Notes: generated by a model from the sequence alone, not told the origin. A stretch of 64,000 nucleotides of DNA from Chrysomallon squamiferum (GCA_012295275.1 CM022679.1:23808001-23872000), one strand, 5' to 3'; shown: positions 43,267 to 55,551, counted from the stretch's first letter. Numbers and translations are program-made.

Positions 43267-44912
43267 CATACACACATACATACAGACACACACATACACA
43301 ATCACATTGTTTTTTCTTATACACACATGCACACACAAACACACTTATCTATAATCTGTCTCTCATATGTGTGTGTATGTGTGTCTGTGAGTGTGTGTGT
43401 GTGTGTTAAAATAATTTGCCATTACCTAATTAAAGGTGTGCTCACTCCTTTCCCACTGTATTTTCCTCTGAAAATTGTGTTATAATATGCATTCAAATGC
43501 AGTTACACAACACGAAACACACCATACAAAACCTTACACATATACTGAAACATACAAATATATGCATGCAACTAAAAAAAACACAAATATATTCAGAAAA
43601 AAAATATATACACACTATATATAAATTATGTTATTTATGTCTACATTATCATACAATATAAATTATATATATGAATAATAATTACTTTAACATGCTTATA
43701 ACAAAAATTACTGAAAGTGACAGTACTTCAGTACTAAAAAAACAAATTTCAATGAATCTCCCACTTCCTAATTTCTTGATATTTATTAATAAATGTAACA
43801 TTTCATCCATTTCATATCTATGTCTTGAATGATTTTTCAGTAATTGTTGAATGTATTTTTCTTCAATTTCCTGAAATTACTTGAAATGTCACTGATTACC
43901 TGTTATTAATAAGATGATAATATACAGAATGGTTAAGATATAAATTATAACAATAGCATTTCATAACCACAGAAACTTATCACATTAATCTAAAAAAATA
44001 TAAGTAATCAAGAAAGAGTCAAGATAGATCTACTTAGAATGTTTGATTTATAGAATAAATTTTAATAATAATAAATAATCAACAATTTAAAAATTGAGTT
44101 ATAAATTTATTACTGTTATTATTGTTTTATTAATTTATTTGTTTATTTATTTAATTACAAAGTTTCGACATTTCTGCAATTAATACTTTCTAAAATGTAG
44201 CTTAATTTGTTAGCGGTAATGATTTAATAAAAAGATAAAAGAGTTGAAAAATGTTATAAAAAGAAAAGAAAAATTAATGAAAATGAAATAGAAATTAAAA
44301 TAAATAAATAAATAAATAAAATAATCAAAAAAATTAAATAATTTGAAATTTTTATTACAAATTTGTAATATTTTAATATTTACATTAGTAAAAACATCCA
44401 CAAATAAATAAATAAACAAACTGATAGATAAATAAAAGGAAGAAGAGTTAAACTACAAACTAATTGTATTAGGAGTTATAATGCATTGGTTACAGGCAAT
44501 GGCAAAGATTGAAAATGCACATGAATAATTAGATGCTGAAACATTATTGAGTTTTTTTGTTTGTGTATGTGTGTGTGAATGCTAATGTGCATATATGTAT
44601 ATCAATATATGAGTAAATGCATGTGTGCATATATTTGTGTGTGCGTGTGTGTGTATGTGTATGTGTGTGTGTGTGTTTTAGTGTGTTTATATATTTTAAT
44701 TAGGCATACAGTTTTAATTTACTCCATCCATTGAATAAAATAATAAAAAATGTTTCTAATGAACTATTGTTATAAATCTTAGTCTTTACTATCCATGCAT
44801 GTTAGAATATATTATGGCATGCTACTGAACATGTAAAAACATAAACACTTGTTACTCACTTGTTGTAACCATAATTCAATTCATAATCAGAGCTGTATCT
44901 ATAGCGATCCAT
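14321..44912 (-). CDS. CCDC154: CCDC154-like coiled-coil protein, spliced gene model (~809 aa core isoform, 17 coding exons)
   Basis: Phase-consistent GT-AG exon chain: 44912-44860, 38662-38159, 37847-37655, 35285-35203, 34726-34631, 34095-33870, 33353-33225, 29197-29073, 28479-28353, 27847-27707, 24468-24349, 24127-24051, 23486-23396, 21791-21705, 18691-18513, 14519-14321 (2430 nt, open to TAA). The protein is heptad-rich in E/K/L/Q/R. Motifs KVIAAEIKSR, KLAESIQTVKTVLGMKIQSEQKLR and PRIFIK...INRWGLYNTYRWLTWK resemble CCDC154 as recalled, not database-checked. Confidence 0.8.
17630..17712. repeat. (CA)n(GA)n microsatellite
   Basis: direct inspection. Confidence 0.95.
18513..18691 (-). CDS. 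CCDC154: CCDC154-like exon (RVEEVVSLKDEVAKLR...INRWGLYNTY)
   Basis: ctgcag acceptor, CAG|gtaata donor, phase 0 to 2, 179 nt open. Confidence 0.85.
20133..20855 (-). CDS. CCDC154: CCDC154-like alternative exon encoding a ~240 aa acidic, Ser/Pro-rich tail (RVLGIEDLQFQLDRLK...KKDVLKSE*)
   Basis: 250-aa ORF in the track; tttcag acceptor at 20856 is in phase 0 with exon 21705; ends GAG TAA, which overlaps a possible GA|gtaaca donor. Confidence 0.7.
   Translation of the reverse strand, partial: RVLGIEDLQFQLDRLKTSAAFHPTFGPPAVSGIRDFDELMKTNLGQQRSARLSSPDWNSPRSDKPEESLTNIHEESSKIPNENHVTLDHPEVDESGNIRNDEETSVSRQGSSTIRYRLGNDVTAEMDNSHGEDDASRNTATQTDLVQESSDLPISPSTEDPEIESTPETKPISELEPTSESKNEPALDHESESPEVKASNFFITDPGPLSREKSEQSENRKQEETPKNFESEKKDVLKSE
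21705..21791 (-). CDS. CCDC154: CCDC154-like exon (LQQNVRKLAESIQTVKTVLGMKIQSEQKL)
   Basis: ttttag acceptor, gtaagc donor, 87 nt, phase 0-0. Confidence 0.85.
23396..23486 (-). CDS. CCDC154: CCDC154-like exon (IRDVENLKQDINALRMRRQPQTVSPEEMVA)
   Basis: tttcag acceptor, gtgagt donor, phase 2-0. Confidence 0.85.
24051..24127 (-). CDS. CCDC154: CCDC154-like exon (IDGIEERYKLLRAELDSRVGSEAES)
   Basis: tgcag acceptor, gtaata donor, phase 0-2. Confidence 0.85.
24349..24468 (-). CDS. CCDC154: CCDC154-like exon (AHVALSHNIRDKLDSISEWQ...FPND)
   Basis: tttcag acceptor, gtaagt donor, 120 nt, phase 0-0. Confidence 0.85.
26057..26074 (-). CDS. CCDC154: candidate 18-nt microexon (SQELDE)
   Basis: taatgcacccatag|AGCCAGGAACTGGATGAG|gtacgg; frame-preserving in a phase-0 intron. 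Confidence 0.55.
26900..26923 (-). CDS. CCDC154: candidate 24-nt microexon (MARLTNRE)
   Basis: gtgctttttcttatgctctcctatag|ATGGCACGTTTAACAAATCGAGAG|gtaatt; frame-preserving. Confidence 0.6.
27278..27670. repeat. 29-bp minisatellite, ~13 copies (aattcagttcacacatttgtataagttgt)
   Basis: tandem units read directly; some units are shortened. Confidence 0.92.
27707..27847 (-). CDS. CCDC154: CCDC154-like exon (LKKEVKSMVAESG...DDKVAE)
   Basis: ggcag acceptor, gtaaaa donor, 141 nt, phase 0-0. Confidence 0.8.
28353..28479 (-). CDS. CCDC154: CCDC154-like exon (KIHEKTTAEKIDDVQDKLQ...NTEK)
   Basis: cttatag acceptor, gtgtga donor, phase 2-0. Confidence 0.85.
29073..29197 (-). CDS. CCDC154: CCDC154-like exon (GDRSKNKEAFLKLDAAITLLEQQLQENRKQTDKVIAAEIKS)
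   Basis: ttgctag acceptor, CAG|gtagtg donor, phase 0-2. Confidence 0.85.
30857..30868 (-). CDS. CCDC154: candidate 12-nt microexon (ELTQ)
   Basis: tttcttatataaacag|GAGCTAACTCAG|gtatgg; frame-preserving. Confidence 0.5.
32070..32525. repeat. degenerate ~50-bp tandem repeat (taccaagacttaag...ttactgacatgaaaaa) interrupted by a long poly-A run
   Basis: recurrent caagacttaag and actgacatgaa cores. Confidence 0.7.
32813..32839 (-). CDS. CCDC154: candidate 27-nt microexon with GC donor (ENHKKLIAK)
   Basis: ttgtatgttcag|GAA...AAG|gcaagt; frame-preserving. Confidence 0.4.
33225..33353 (-). CDS. CCDC154: CCDC154-like exon (TIQLEQQSRTDYERRVRDENEKRWEALKK...DTVK)
   Basis: ttccag acceptor, AAG|gtatca donor, 129 nt, phase 0-0. 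Confidence 0.85.
33870..34095 (-). CDS. CCDC154: CCDC154-like exon (ANELHQAIGEQNRKREESMHALD...LQLEK)
   Basis: ttttcag acceptor, AAG|gtttgt donor, phase 2-0. Confidence 0.85.
34631..34726 (-). CDS. CCDC154: CCDC154-like exon (LSELREVILDIRSKQDQEATERRSLEQQLQF)
   Basis: tcacag acceptor, gtaatt donor, phase 2-2. Confidence 0.85.
35203..35285 (-). CDS. CCDC154: CCDC154-like exon (MDSIRKQGDIQSHAEHSLAHLRSQVET)
   Basis: tctgcag acceptor, AAG|gtaaac donor, phase 0-2. Confidence 0.85.
36016..36018 (-). CDS. CCDC154: candidate 3-nt microexon (TTG, Leu)
   Basis: tactaat...tttctgcatgctgttatag|TTG|gtaagt in a phase-0 intron. Confidence 0.5.
37502..37650. repeat. two-copy 77-bp-period tandem duplication
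   Basis: ctttagcagactgtaagtcttt...gatgttatggtttt at 37502 and 37579. Confidence 0.9.
37655..37847 (-). CDS. CCDC154: CCDC154-like exon (LADLENKLQETLRAKDQ...EEENRLQ)
   Basis: ttacag acceptor, CAG|gtataa donor, phase 2-0. Confidence 0.85.
38159..38662 (-). CDS. CCDC154: CCDC154-like large N-terminal exon (NSSQFPTK...ERVHFLESRLGVTEKSNRTLLEEVLRLQNEL...AQAS)
   Basis: 172-aa ORF, GC-richer than its flanks; ttttcag acceptor, gtgagt donor, phase 2-2. Confidence 0.9.
39455..39830. repeat. low-complexity trinucleotide region (CTA/AAT/GCA/GTA) with an internal 66-bp duplication
   Basis: atcatacaagcagcagtagtagttgtagcagtagcagcagcaattacaataata occurs twice. Confidence 0.85.
41067..41863. repeat. near-perfect 398-bp tandem duplication (2 copies)
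   Basis: constant offset of 398; one substitution seen (gagtatgtga vs gagtaagtga). Confidence 0.95.
41956..41995 (+). mobile_element. tRNA-derived SINE head relic (A-box only)
   Basis: agctcagtggttaaagcacaagactga resembles a tRNA D-arm/A-box; no downstream B-box. Confidence 0.4.
44860..44912 (-). CDS. CCDC154: CCDC154-like start-codon exon A (MDRYRYSSDYELNYGYN; exon 44989-44860)
   Basis: tttattttcag acceptor at 44990, ATG at 44912, AA|gtgagt phase-2 donor matching exon 38662. Confidence 0.6.
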
Positions 44913-46656
44913 TTTGAATTGTCAGTTGAATCAAACTTAGCCCCCATTGCCTGGAGACCTTGAAATATTAAGTATTTTCAGTCCTTGAACTGAAAATAAA
45001 ATCCCTAAACACATGTATTTATACTGGAAGGAAAAAAAAAAAAAAAGACTGTCTTGAAATTCTAGGATTTTAATTATTCAGAATCTGCTAGAGTTACTGC
45101 CTATAAATCTCTTTTGTTATTAATATTATTTTTTAATGCTTTTTTTTTATGTTTCAAGAATAGAATTTTGTTGACGTTTGTATATAGTCATTCACAACAA
45201 AGCTTGTTATTTTCTGAGATAAAGTAGCCTCTGTGTTATCTTCCACATTCAGAAAACTGTGTTCTTATTGAAAACCTTAAAATTAACTAACATGTGACCT
45301 ATTTTTCAAAAATTATCATTGAAATGTGAACTGTGTTTGAAATTGCCAAAGAAAATACACGTAGCATTGATTTCCACACACCCTAATATTATTTTCCCAT
45401 TAAATTCAACAGAACAATATATTCTAAATAGAACAAATCAAAACTTGAAGTGTCATCTTCACTACAAGGCACTGAAAAAAATCTCTGTAACAATATAATC
45501 TCAATATTGTTTTATAAAAATCTCAGAACAAAAAAAAAAATCTTGTTGTTCACTCATTCAAAGGCACTTTTTAAAATCTAAGAAAATATGAAAAAAAAAA
45601 AAAATGGGAATACTTCAATAATTCTAAAATGTCCATGGGAAATTCTGTATTTGTTTAAGGCACTTAAGAAACAATGTAAGCCCAATTCAGTTAACAAGAA
45701 AACTGAAAAGAATCTTCAAATTCTTTCACACTTCAGAAGTGTACCCTTGTGAAAATAATATAGCCTCAGTATGTTTTATAAAATTTTCCATAAAAGTAGT
45801 AAAGAAAATTATTTTCTACAGACTTACAACATATTAATGTGCAACCTTATTTATAAAACAATTTAATTCAATACTGCATAAAAATATTTTCAGGTATCTA
45901 GAATAATGTCATTTCCTTATTCAGCTTTCAAGACTTGCCTTCTAAAATTTCTAATGAAACTTTTAATTAGATTAATGTAATGTTCTGAAACAGTATCAAA
46001 AAAAAAGAAACAAAAAAAAACCAACTGTATATAGCTTTTAAATTGATTTCTAAATACCGCAAATACAAAGAAAAAGAATACATACATATATATAACTTCA
46101 ACAAATAATTAAAAGCTCAAATATCAACTGAATGAATTTAATATTTCTTTTTATCAAAGTCCTCAATAATAATGAAACTAGTAAATAGCTTTAATTCTGT
46201 AAGTTGCTAATATTAACGAAAAACTGTATGGAGCTTCAAAACCTTTCTAAATGTTTAAATTAAAATCAAACTTGAATAGTTTCTACATACTATGTCTATG
46301 AAAACTGTACATAACTTCAAAACTGATTTCTCCACGTTCCCAACACTAATGAAAACTTTTTCATTAAGAGAAATATTTTTATCAGTAAGTGAATAATCTG
46401 TAACGCTTTGAACATGTTTTCTTTAATATACTTCCTTCCTTTGTGTTGTAAACAAGTAAACAGCCAGGTAGCTAAGCAGAAAATATGATATACCACGAGA
46501 CTTTCAACCATTTAACAAGGACAACACCAAGTATAATACAACTGACTGTTATTGTTCAAATTGAAAAGAAAGATTTATGAATGCCATAATACTGTACCCT
46601 TTGTAAGGCTGTGCTAAATTCAAATGCAAATGAATCAGATATTAGGTTTCTTTGCC

Positions 46657-46694
<38 letters not shown>

Positions 46695-47129
46695 AGAAAG
46701 AATAAGAATGAACATAAAAAAAATTAAACAAAAAAGAATGAAAAAGAATTTAAGAAAGAAAAACAGTTGCTGTTTAAAAACGTTTTTGAAAAATGTTCAT
46801 AATTTTTCAAATTTACAGAATATAAAAATATTTTTAAATATGATTTAATTTAGGTGTTAAAAAAGAAAATAATAATAATTCCAGAAAACACTGCAAACTA
46901 TACTGAGTTATACAAATTTTTACTCTACAAATTGGAAAGAACATAACATAAAGGGAATAACTGTTTACAGTCTTAAGATATCAGGTTTAAAGGGAGTAGT
47001 TTACAAAGCAAATGTAGCTCCATCCCAGAAACCTATACTTTTTGGTCAGTGCCTGAAAAACCAGACATTCATCTAGTCATCATATACTGCTGCTGTGTCA
47101 GTGTCCAGGATATATACATATATATATAA

Positions 47130-47318
47130 AATAATTTATTGAAATGTAATTTGAAATCTACATTTAATGTGGGAAAAGTCATATATTTAATTATTTTCTT
47201 GTTAATAATTTATTGAAATATAATTTGAAATCTACATTTAATGTGGGAAAAGTCATATATTTAATTTTTTTCTTCTTAATAATTTATTGAAATACAATTT
47301 GATATCTATATTTAATGT
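47130..47318. repeat. 74-bp tandem repeat, ~2.5 copies
   Basis: aataatttattgaaat...ctacatttaatgtgggaaaagtc at 47130, 47204 and 47278 (partial). Confidence 0.9.
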
Positions 47319-50300
47319 TTCTGCTGTAATGAAAACAAGTACCTGTAATGATGTGTAGAGATTAATAATTTAGTTTTATCATCTGTCATATTCTATAATA
47401 AACCATATAAATGTCAGAAGTAATAATCTCATTTTTATTTTAAAAATATTGTAAATAAATTATAGGTTTTCTCAATTCAGTTTCAATGGTTGTAGCAACA
47501 TCAGTTTAACTGGTTAATTACTTTGTGATCAGAAATTAATGATTAAAATTGGAATTATATTTTAAATCCATTTTGTCTTCCATTTAAAATATTTATAAAT
47601 TAAATTGTTAATATATTGAATACCTTTAAAGGAAAATCCATCTGAAAGAATGAATGAGATAAAGAAAGAAAAGAGAAAGCTTGAGAGAGTGAGGAAAAAA
47701 ACTCCAAAAATAAACAAGAAACAAAAGACAGAGAAAAACAGAAAAGAAATTAAGATTATTATTACTATAAAGGGTAATGAATTAAGTAATTTAATTGTTA
47801 TCCGATTTCTAGTACTGAAATTTTGTATAATGATTATATCAGTGAAAAAACCTAATTCCTTGCTTTTTTTTGTTGATTAGAATATGGAAATAACAATGCC
47901 TTTCCTATAACAGTCTGTGGATCACAGCTGAAACCTGAAATAACTTAATAAGAACCTCAAGGAGTGCTTACAAACAAAATTAAACCTGTTGTTATTGAAA
48001 ATACTGAAAACACCAGTACCCATTCATACATTCACATACAAACTCAGATAAATGCATGCACTTCTTTGACAATTACTAAAATATTAATCTAACATGATCA
48101 AAGGCACATTTCTAATAATTTTACATGAAATTCATTCCCATTTCTTAAAATAATTTTTATTATGAAAGCCATATTTTCCTTCAAAAGCATTTACAACAAA
48201 TAATAATAATAATAAAAAAAATAATAAAATGTCCACCCCCCCACAAAAAAAAAAAAAAAAAAAAAAAAATGTTTTTCTCAACAGGATTATTTTGATCCAT
48301 CTCATTAAAAGATCATTTCTGAGAACAAGCATATTTTTGTTGTTAATGTTTTTCAGCTCTACAACAGTCAGCTGGATCATGAACAGAATTAATTATCTCT
48401 TAAACCCATAGCCCTGTCCATTACATGGTATTAAGGATTCCAAGCAATTCTTCCAATGACCAGTGAAACAATCAATAAGAACCATAAAGATCTTTTCAGA
48501 AGCAAAGATTCAGTAACATTTCCTTTTTCAATCACAGAAGTAGAAGGATTAGTATTCAGAAAGGTGAAATAATTGTGTTAAAATTGTAGGCCACTTGAAT
48601 AACATACATGTATGCTTGTATGAATGTATATACGAATATCTTTGCGTAAATCTGCTCATAAATCAAAGAAATATGTCTAAAAACAAAATAAATAAATAAA
48701 TGCACTCTACTTGGCAATACTCTCATATATATATATAGGAATAAATCATGGAATACTGAACACTGCATTTGAGTACTCTTAATCTTAACATAATTTGTAT
48801 ATATGTCTTTTATATAACTTTTTTTTTAAAGTCATCAAGCAATATCACTCCAATTTATGTGTGTGTGTGTATGTATACATATATATGTATGTATATATGT
48901 ATGTATATATTAAATCTATTTCTTTACAGTATGTTTAAAATATTTAACATTAAACTGTTTTTAGTCATCAAATTTGTATTTATAATAATGATACTAAAGA
49001 AAGGTCTTTTATGGGTATCACTCCATCTGCTAATCTTACTTATTACTGTGTTATGTCCACCATCCCACTGACAGGTAAGCACATACCCTGGGTTTTTAAA
49101 TAAATATCCCAGTTAACTAATAATGCCTAAGCTATTGGTTAATCTGCTCACTTCAATAATTTCAGGACCCTTAGAAACAAATTAGCACCAGTGATTTTCA
49201 CAGTAATGAAATATATAAATGCAATAAAAACTAAATAATTTTGTTCAACAAATATTTTAAAAAATATTAATTTAAATAATAATAATAATGATGATGATGA
49301 TGATGATGGTGGTGATAGTGATGGTGATGGTGATGGTGATGGTGATGGTAATAATAATGTTTTTAGAAGCCAAAAATTCTACATACATAGGATACTAAAA
49401 TAACAACAAACCTTTTTTCCCAGTCTGGAGGACTAGGCAGATCAGTTGCATATGGATAATCTGAAGAAAACCGCAGCATATTTTCCTTTGCCTAGGTAAG
49501 TTAACAACATCTTCCTCTTAATATCCACGAACCAGAACACAACAGCTTTAATCTCAGTGTCCAAACATCAAACAACTTCTTAATACTTGAAAGTAATTAA
49601 AGTTTTTCAAATCTGATATAAGATTATTTACTACTATCTGGAAAATTGAAAGAAGGCTGAAATTCAGCACAGTTGGGAAAAGAGAAACTGAATGGTTTTA
49701 TAATAATGATAATCGCTGGAAATTAGTAAATACGTAATCTCTAGTGTTATTAATATAGTGATAGTTTCGGCTGTAATCTGATGTTTTAATTAAAAACTAT
49801 CTGTAACTGAGCTTGATTGGAACAGAACATACTTGTTGTATATTTCAGTTAATAAATGTCACTGGTATATTTAAGTTAATTAACATCCACTGTATATTTC
49901 ATTAACAGTATACTGTAGAACAGTTAATACACTTCTGTAAGTAAATTTCAAGTAACACGTATCTGCCTCATATTCCATTAACAAGCTTCTGTCTTACCAA
50001 ATATCCACATTCAATTTCTGTTATTCTTTTTGTTAATTTTTAACACACTTTAACAAATTGAAACAATATTTTTTTGTTGGTGTTTGTCTTTAGGGGAAAC
50101 GAATGACAAAACACAACTGTAACTAAGTACCTAGCAAAGGTGAAAGAAACCACCAAGAACGTTTTCTCTTAACAACACATTTCTCCACCAATGTCGCACT
50201 CCACCAAAATAAACACTTCAAAGAGCAAGCAATACAGTGTCACTGTTCACAACCACTTAAAAACATGAAATCACACTGTGCAACATTGGCATAGACACTG

Positions 50301-50679
50301 ACGTTGTTCCAGTGCTGCTCACATGCAATTGGCCTATACGTCGTTAAAACAAAGACAACTCGACCCCAGTACTACATGCTAATCAATATATCATTTGTCA
50401 GCGGTGATGCTGTTTAGATAAATTGATCAAGGAATACGAAATTAAGGTAAACAGCTCTTTGGCTAAGAAGATTGATTTTGTTTCCACTGTGAAAGGCAGG
50501 CAACAATGAAAAACAGCAGGAAACATCACATGTACCCGGAACACAAGCTTTTCACAAAATCTTACGAATGAAGTAATTCATGAAAGAAATAGTTGCATTC
50601 ACCTTGATTGGAATTTGGAACAGAAACTTATTGGAATCTTGCTAATTTAAAACATAATTTATTCTGTGGGTTAAGCAAT

Positions 50680-51275
50680 GGACATATGTATGGGATACAT
50701 CTTATACTTATTAATAAGTTAGGTATTACTTTATAAAATAAAATATATATATATATATGACTCTATGGGATACACCTTAAGATAAGTTAAAATACATGCG
50801 TATTAATACTACTTTATGGCATTATACTATGAAACATATGATGTATATGTTTTGGGATGTACTAGAGGGTTGAAAAAGTATCAGTTTATTCAACAGGATA
50901 TAATACTGACTTGTACATTACAGTATATTGATATATACATTATGGGATGTACTACATGCTGATACATTATTCTGTGGAATATGCTGACTGTTAACTATAC
51001 ATTACTCTGTGGTATGTGCTGACACAGTCATTATTCTGTGGGATATATATATATATATATATATATACTAAAACACACCCACACACACACACACACATGA
51101 CAATATGGAGATTTTCTATAGGTAGAGACATACATTATATAGTATATATATAATGAATACATTACTCTATGGGATATGCTATATATTGACATATACATAT
51201 CCATAGGATATGCTATATATTGACATATACATATCCATAGGATTTACAATATACATTACTCTATGGGTAATACAG
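50680..51275. repeat. degenerate minisatellite with core atacattactctatgggatat, including an exact 33-bp doublet
   Basis: recurrent (c)tatgggat/ctgtgg cores; gatatgctatatattgacatatacatatccatag twice at ~51173-51240. Confidence 0.7.
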
Positions 51276-52353
51276 TATATGAACACAGATTAAAATATGA
51301 AATATGTAACAGAATCGCCACACGTTATTCAAACTGCTAATTGAATTACATATTATTCTTATGGTTTTTACTTCTCATATATGTCATATATAGTTATGGT
51401 ATAGATAATCAATAAATAGTAAGCTAAAAAAAAAAAAAAAATCAATATGTTAAGTATAAATTTGTTATGAATAATTTATTAGTGTTTTATGGTGTCTGTC
51501 GTTATGCTCCAATGAACACTTTTCTCAACAATGCAAAAAAATACATATCTATTTTTGAAGAAATATATGACTAATTATAGTTTGATGAAGTTTCAGTTTA
51601 TTACTTTGTATATATGTGTCTATATATGTTTGTATTTGTGTGTGTGTGTGTGTGTGTGCAATTCATTGTTGAAATAAGCATAAATGTCTATTTTTCAGCA
51701 CACTTTATGTCACTAATTAAGGAAAACCAAAATTAGTTTCATCGTCTCTTTAGCTAGTGAAAACGTCCCATTAAAACAGTTTTTAAAAAAGAAATTAATG
51801 CATTAAGCAATAAATATTCAGTATCATCTTCAGACATTTTAATGTCAAAAGGTCTAACACATATTTTTTGCATTATAATAGAAAAATCTGTAATGGAAGA
51901 AACATGTTATTCCTGTTTACGCATTTTCTGCTTTTACTGAACAGAGGCAAGGAATTCATCACATGCACATTCCCATGGAAAGGAAAACACAAACTACGCC
52001 ACTGAATAAAGCAATAACAGGCTGTACTGCTGAAGCCTGATGCTCTGACCAATCACACATGAGGTTAGCAATGACTTATAACTTGTCGCATGAAAAAGTC
52101 TCAAGTGATGAGGCTTTAACATAATTCTGGCTTGCTAGATAATTTGAGTTACGTAAAAAAAAGTGGAGATAAAAAAGTTTAAAATAAAATAAAATAAAAT
52201 AAAATAGATAAAAATAAAAATTATATATATTCACAAAATTGTCACTTTTCACTACAAAATTCTAGACATATGTTAATTTAAAATTGTAAATACATTTAAA
52301 GTAACAAGAAGAAGCAGAAAAAGAATAAGAAGTATTAAGAAATATTTTGTTAC

Positions 52354-52379
52354 CTCTCTTTGACTTGTACATCTGCCAT
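52354..52379 (-). CDS. CCDC154: CCDC154-like alternative start-codon exon B (MADVQVKE; exon 52438-52354)
   Basis: tttatttttag acceptor at 52439, tcaATGG at 52379, GAG|gtaaca phase-2 donor matching exon 38662. Confidence 0.5.
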
Positions 52380-55300
52380 TGAAAGCTTCTTTTCGTGTTT
52401 ACACTAAAATTCTCATCACGTTTCAAATCATCTGTATTCTAAAAATAAATTTAAACAGATATCAAACATAACAATACACACACCCAACATTAAACATGTC
52501 AGAACAAATGTACTTCTGATTTGCATTGCAGACACACACACAAATTTTTTTAACTTTTTAGGTTATTTGCACTTTTTAGGTTATTTTAGGTTATATTAAA
52601 AAATACAGAAGATATGGAAAACCTTTAACAACCTTATTTATAGTAATAAATAAACAACAAAAATAAATAAATATTTTTTTAACTGATTAAATTTTGTAGG
52701 ATTTCTGAAATTCAGATCTCTACAATTAACACAGAAATGAACTATGAAAGACATGAAATTGTTACACATTTTACAGATATCAGTTCACTTACTCTGATTC
52801 TCTTAGTAATACAAGAAACTCATTGCATGACATCAAGCACACAAACATTTCCACAAACATTTTGTCCATACAATGTACAGTAATGAAAACATAAATAAAA
52901 TATTGCCATGATGTTTGTTTGCTGGATTCACTGTGCATGTAGGTGGCTTAAAATATAGATCAGTGATTAATAAATTAAAGAAACTATCAGTAACATGACA
53001 ACTCAGTGTTTGGAAAGACTAGGAAGGGTATAATGATACAATTTAATCTACAGCTGAAATGTCATGTTTATGTTAAAAACAAAAGACTATCAGTGAGTAA
53101 TATAAAACAAGATGTATTTGAATGCAAGACCCTTTTTTATGTGGAATTCAATAATAATGATTTTTAGGCAAAATTATCACTTTTAAGTTGGATGCTGTGG
53201 ATACCAAAAAACATTTATAGTATTCTCTTTTGTAAGAAATATATTTAAGTTCTGGTAGATTCAGTTTTGTTTGAAAAGGATCGATTGCTGCTATAACCCT
53301 GAACATTTCAGCACCAAAAAAAAATTAAAAATTAAAATTTTTTTAAAAAAATGTTGAATTTAAAGAAAGGTTCATTTATACTGAAAGAAAGATTATAAAA
53401 GATTTTTGCAAGAAATATGGATTAAGAATCTCAGAAAGGGGATTACTGTTTTAACCCTGTAGATATCAGAATACTTGTTAGTATGCAACTCTAGAAATGT
53501 GCCTTTTTTCTGTTAACTCAGACAAAGGAAACTGTATATAATTTTGGCAACTAATTTTGGAGAACATATACCATAATTATGAGACTAAAGTAATAATGCA
53601 AATGAATAAATAATATTTTGAGGAGAAATATCTTTTTTAAATGGATAAACTAATATCTGTAATTTGAATAATTTAATGGTTATTAGGCATGAACAAAAAT
53701 GATCTTTCTAATAAGCAGCAGTGCAGCTATGGTATGGCAAGTATGGTATATGCAATCTGTGCCAAATGAATGAGCTGATTTTACGATAAAGTTATTGGAA
53801 AGAGGTATGTCGATGTTTGGACACTTTCAGTGCCTGCATGATATTTTCCATAGATTATGCCCCTGCTAAATAAGTGTAACCATGATTGTCTATAAATGTT
53901 TCTGAACTTACATATTTATAGACAGTACGAACAAACATTACTTTTTATTTATTGATAAGGTATCATTAGCATGGACATTAATAACCAGTAAAGCAGCAAT
54001 GTTTTTTGATAGAACATCAGTATTGCTGCAAGCATAAAATACAGGCTCAAACCAAGAGTAATAAAGATATTGTGTTCATGAAAATCATGACTGCTGAGTT
54101 ATGATGTACTGAAGTACACACCCAGGTTTTTGAAAAAAGTGATGTATTAATAATTTATAAAACATGGCTCATTTATTCTGGCAGAAAGGTAACAGTTTTC
54201 TAACTGCGTATTAATATTTCATATCAAGCTAGCAATTCTCTACATTTTTCGAAGAAATGTGTTAATGTGTAACAGAAATAAAGAAAAACTATTACCAACT
54301 ATAAAAAAAAACAGAGGATAAATAATAGATAGTTCAGATGGATGGGTTAACTGAAACATACAAAATTCATGTTTCAAGCACCTATGCCGTAACAAAAATA
54401 CATAAAAGTTGTTCATCCATATCCCATATGAAGGTGGAAAAACCTGTGAGATCTGTAACCTAAGTAACTTGTGGAAAACATTTACTAGTTTACAGACTGC
54501 CCTGACAACCATGAGTTTTTAAAAACCAACACACAGTAAACAAAATAATGATTTACTTTGTAAAAAAGAGAATAAGTTATATGTCAATATGGGCATAATA
54601 TGAAGAACATTCTGCTGCTTTCAAATGAACAAAAAGTTTACAGACACACAAACACAGATTCATCATCTCTTTTATATTTTCTGACATATACAGAGTTTAA
54701 AATGCATAGCTGATTAAATTCTCAAAATTTTATAAGATTGTAAATTAGTCAACATAGCAATAATTGAAAAAAAAATATTCTGAAAATGTATTTTGAAAAA
54801 TGTTATACTTTATGTAAAAAAGACCCAATTAAAATAAAAGCAATAATTCAACATCAAAAGAAGAGTGACAGGTCATAAAAATAATGTTTTTCTTTTTACT
54901 GTTATGTGGTTTGTGCTCTGATCATTGTTCCTAACAGACAATGGATCAAAGAATGAATTTATATGTAAACATATATAACTGAAAAACAATTTTAGTACCA
55001 GAAAAGACTAAAAGGTAAGAATGAAAAAGAAGAAAAGAAAAAGCCAATTAATTGTCATAAGATGTAAAAATGAAATACTGTTTAAAATAATGAAATAAAA
55101 ATTTTATGAAACACAAAAAAGAGACAAAGAAACAGATGAATGGATTAATTTTTACATTGTTAAAAAGGAAAATCTTTTTTAAGAAAAGATAAAAAGAAAC
55201 ATTTTCAAATAATACATTGAAATTAATGTTAAAGAGATATCAAGACAAAACAGTAAAAAAATAAAATTACAATAAAGATTAATTTCTACATTGTTGAAAT

Positions 55301-55514
55301 TGAATAATTTTAATAACTTTAGCATGAAAGAGTGTGTAATGTGAAAACACATATAAAAGAATATTCAAAAGATAAATGACATATAAAAAATATGTTGTAG
55401 ACATCAGAGAAAATTTCACAAAACAATTTTAAAACACCTCAACAAAAAACACAAGAAATCCTAAGAAACAATGATAATGAATAGTCTTTGGAAATAAACA
55501 ACAACAACAACCTG

Positions 55515-55551
<37 letters not shown>

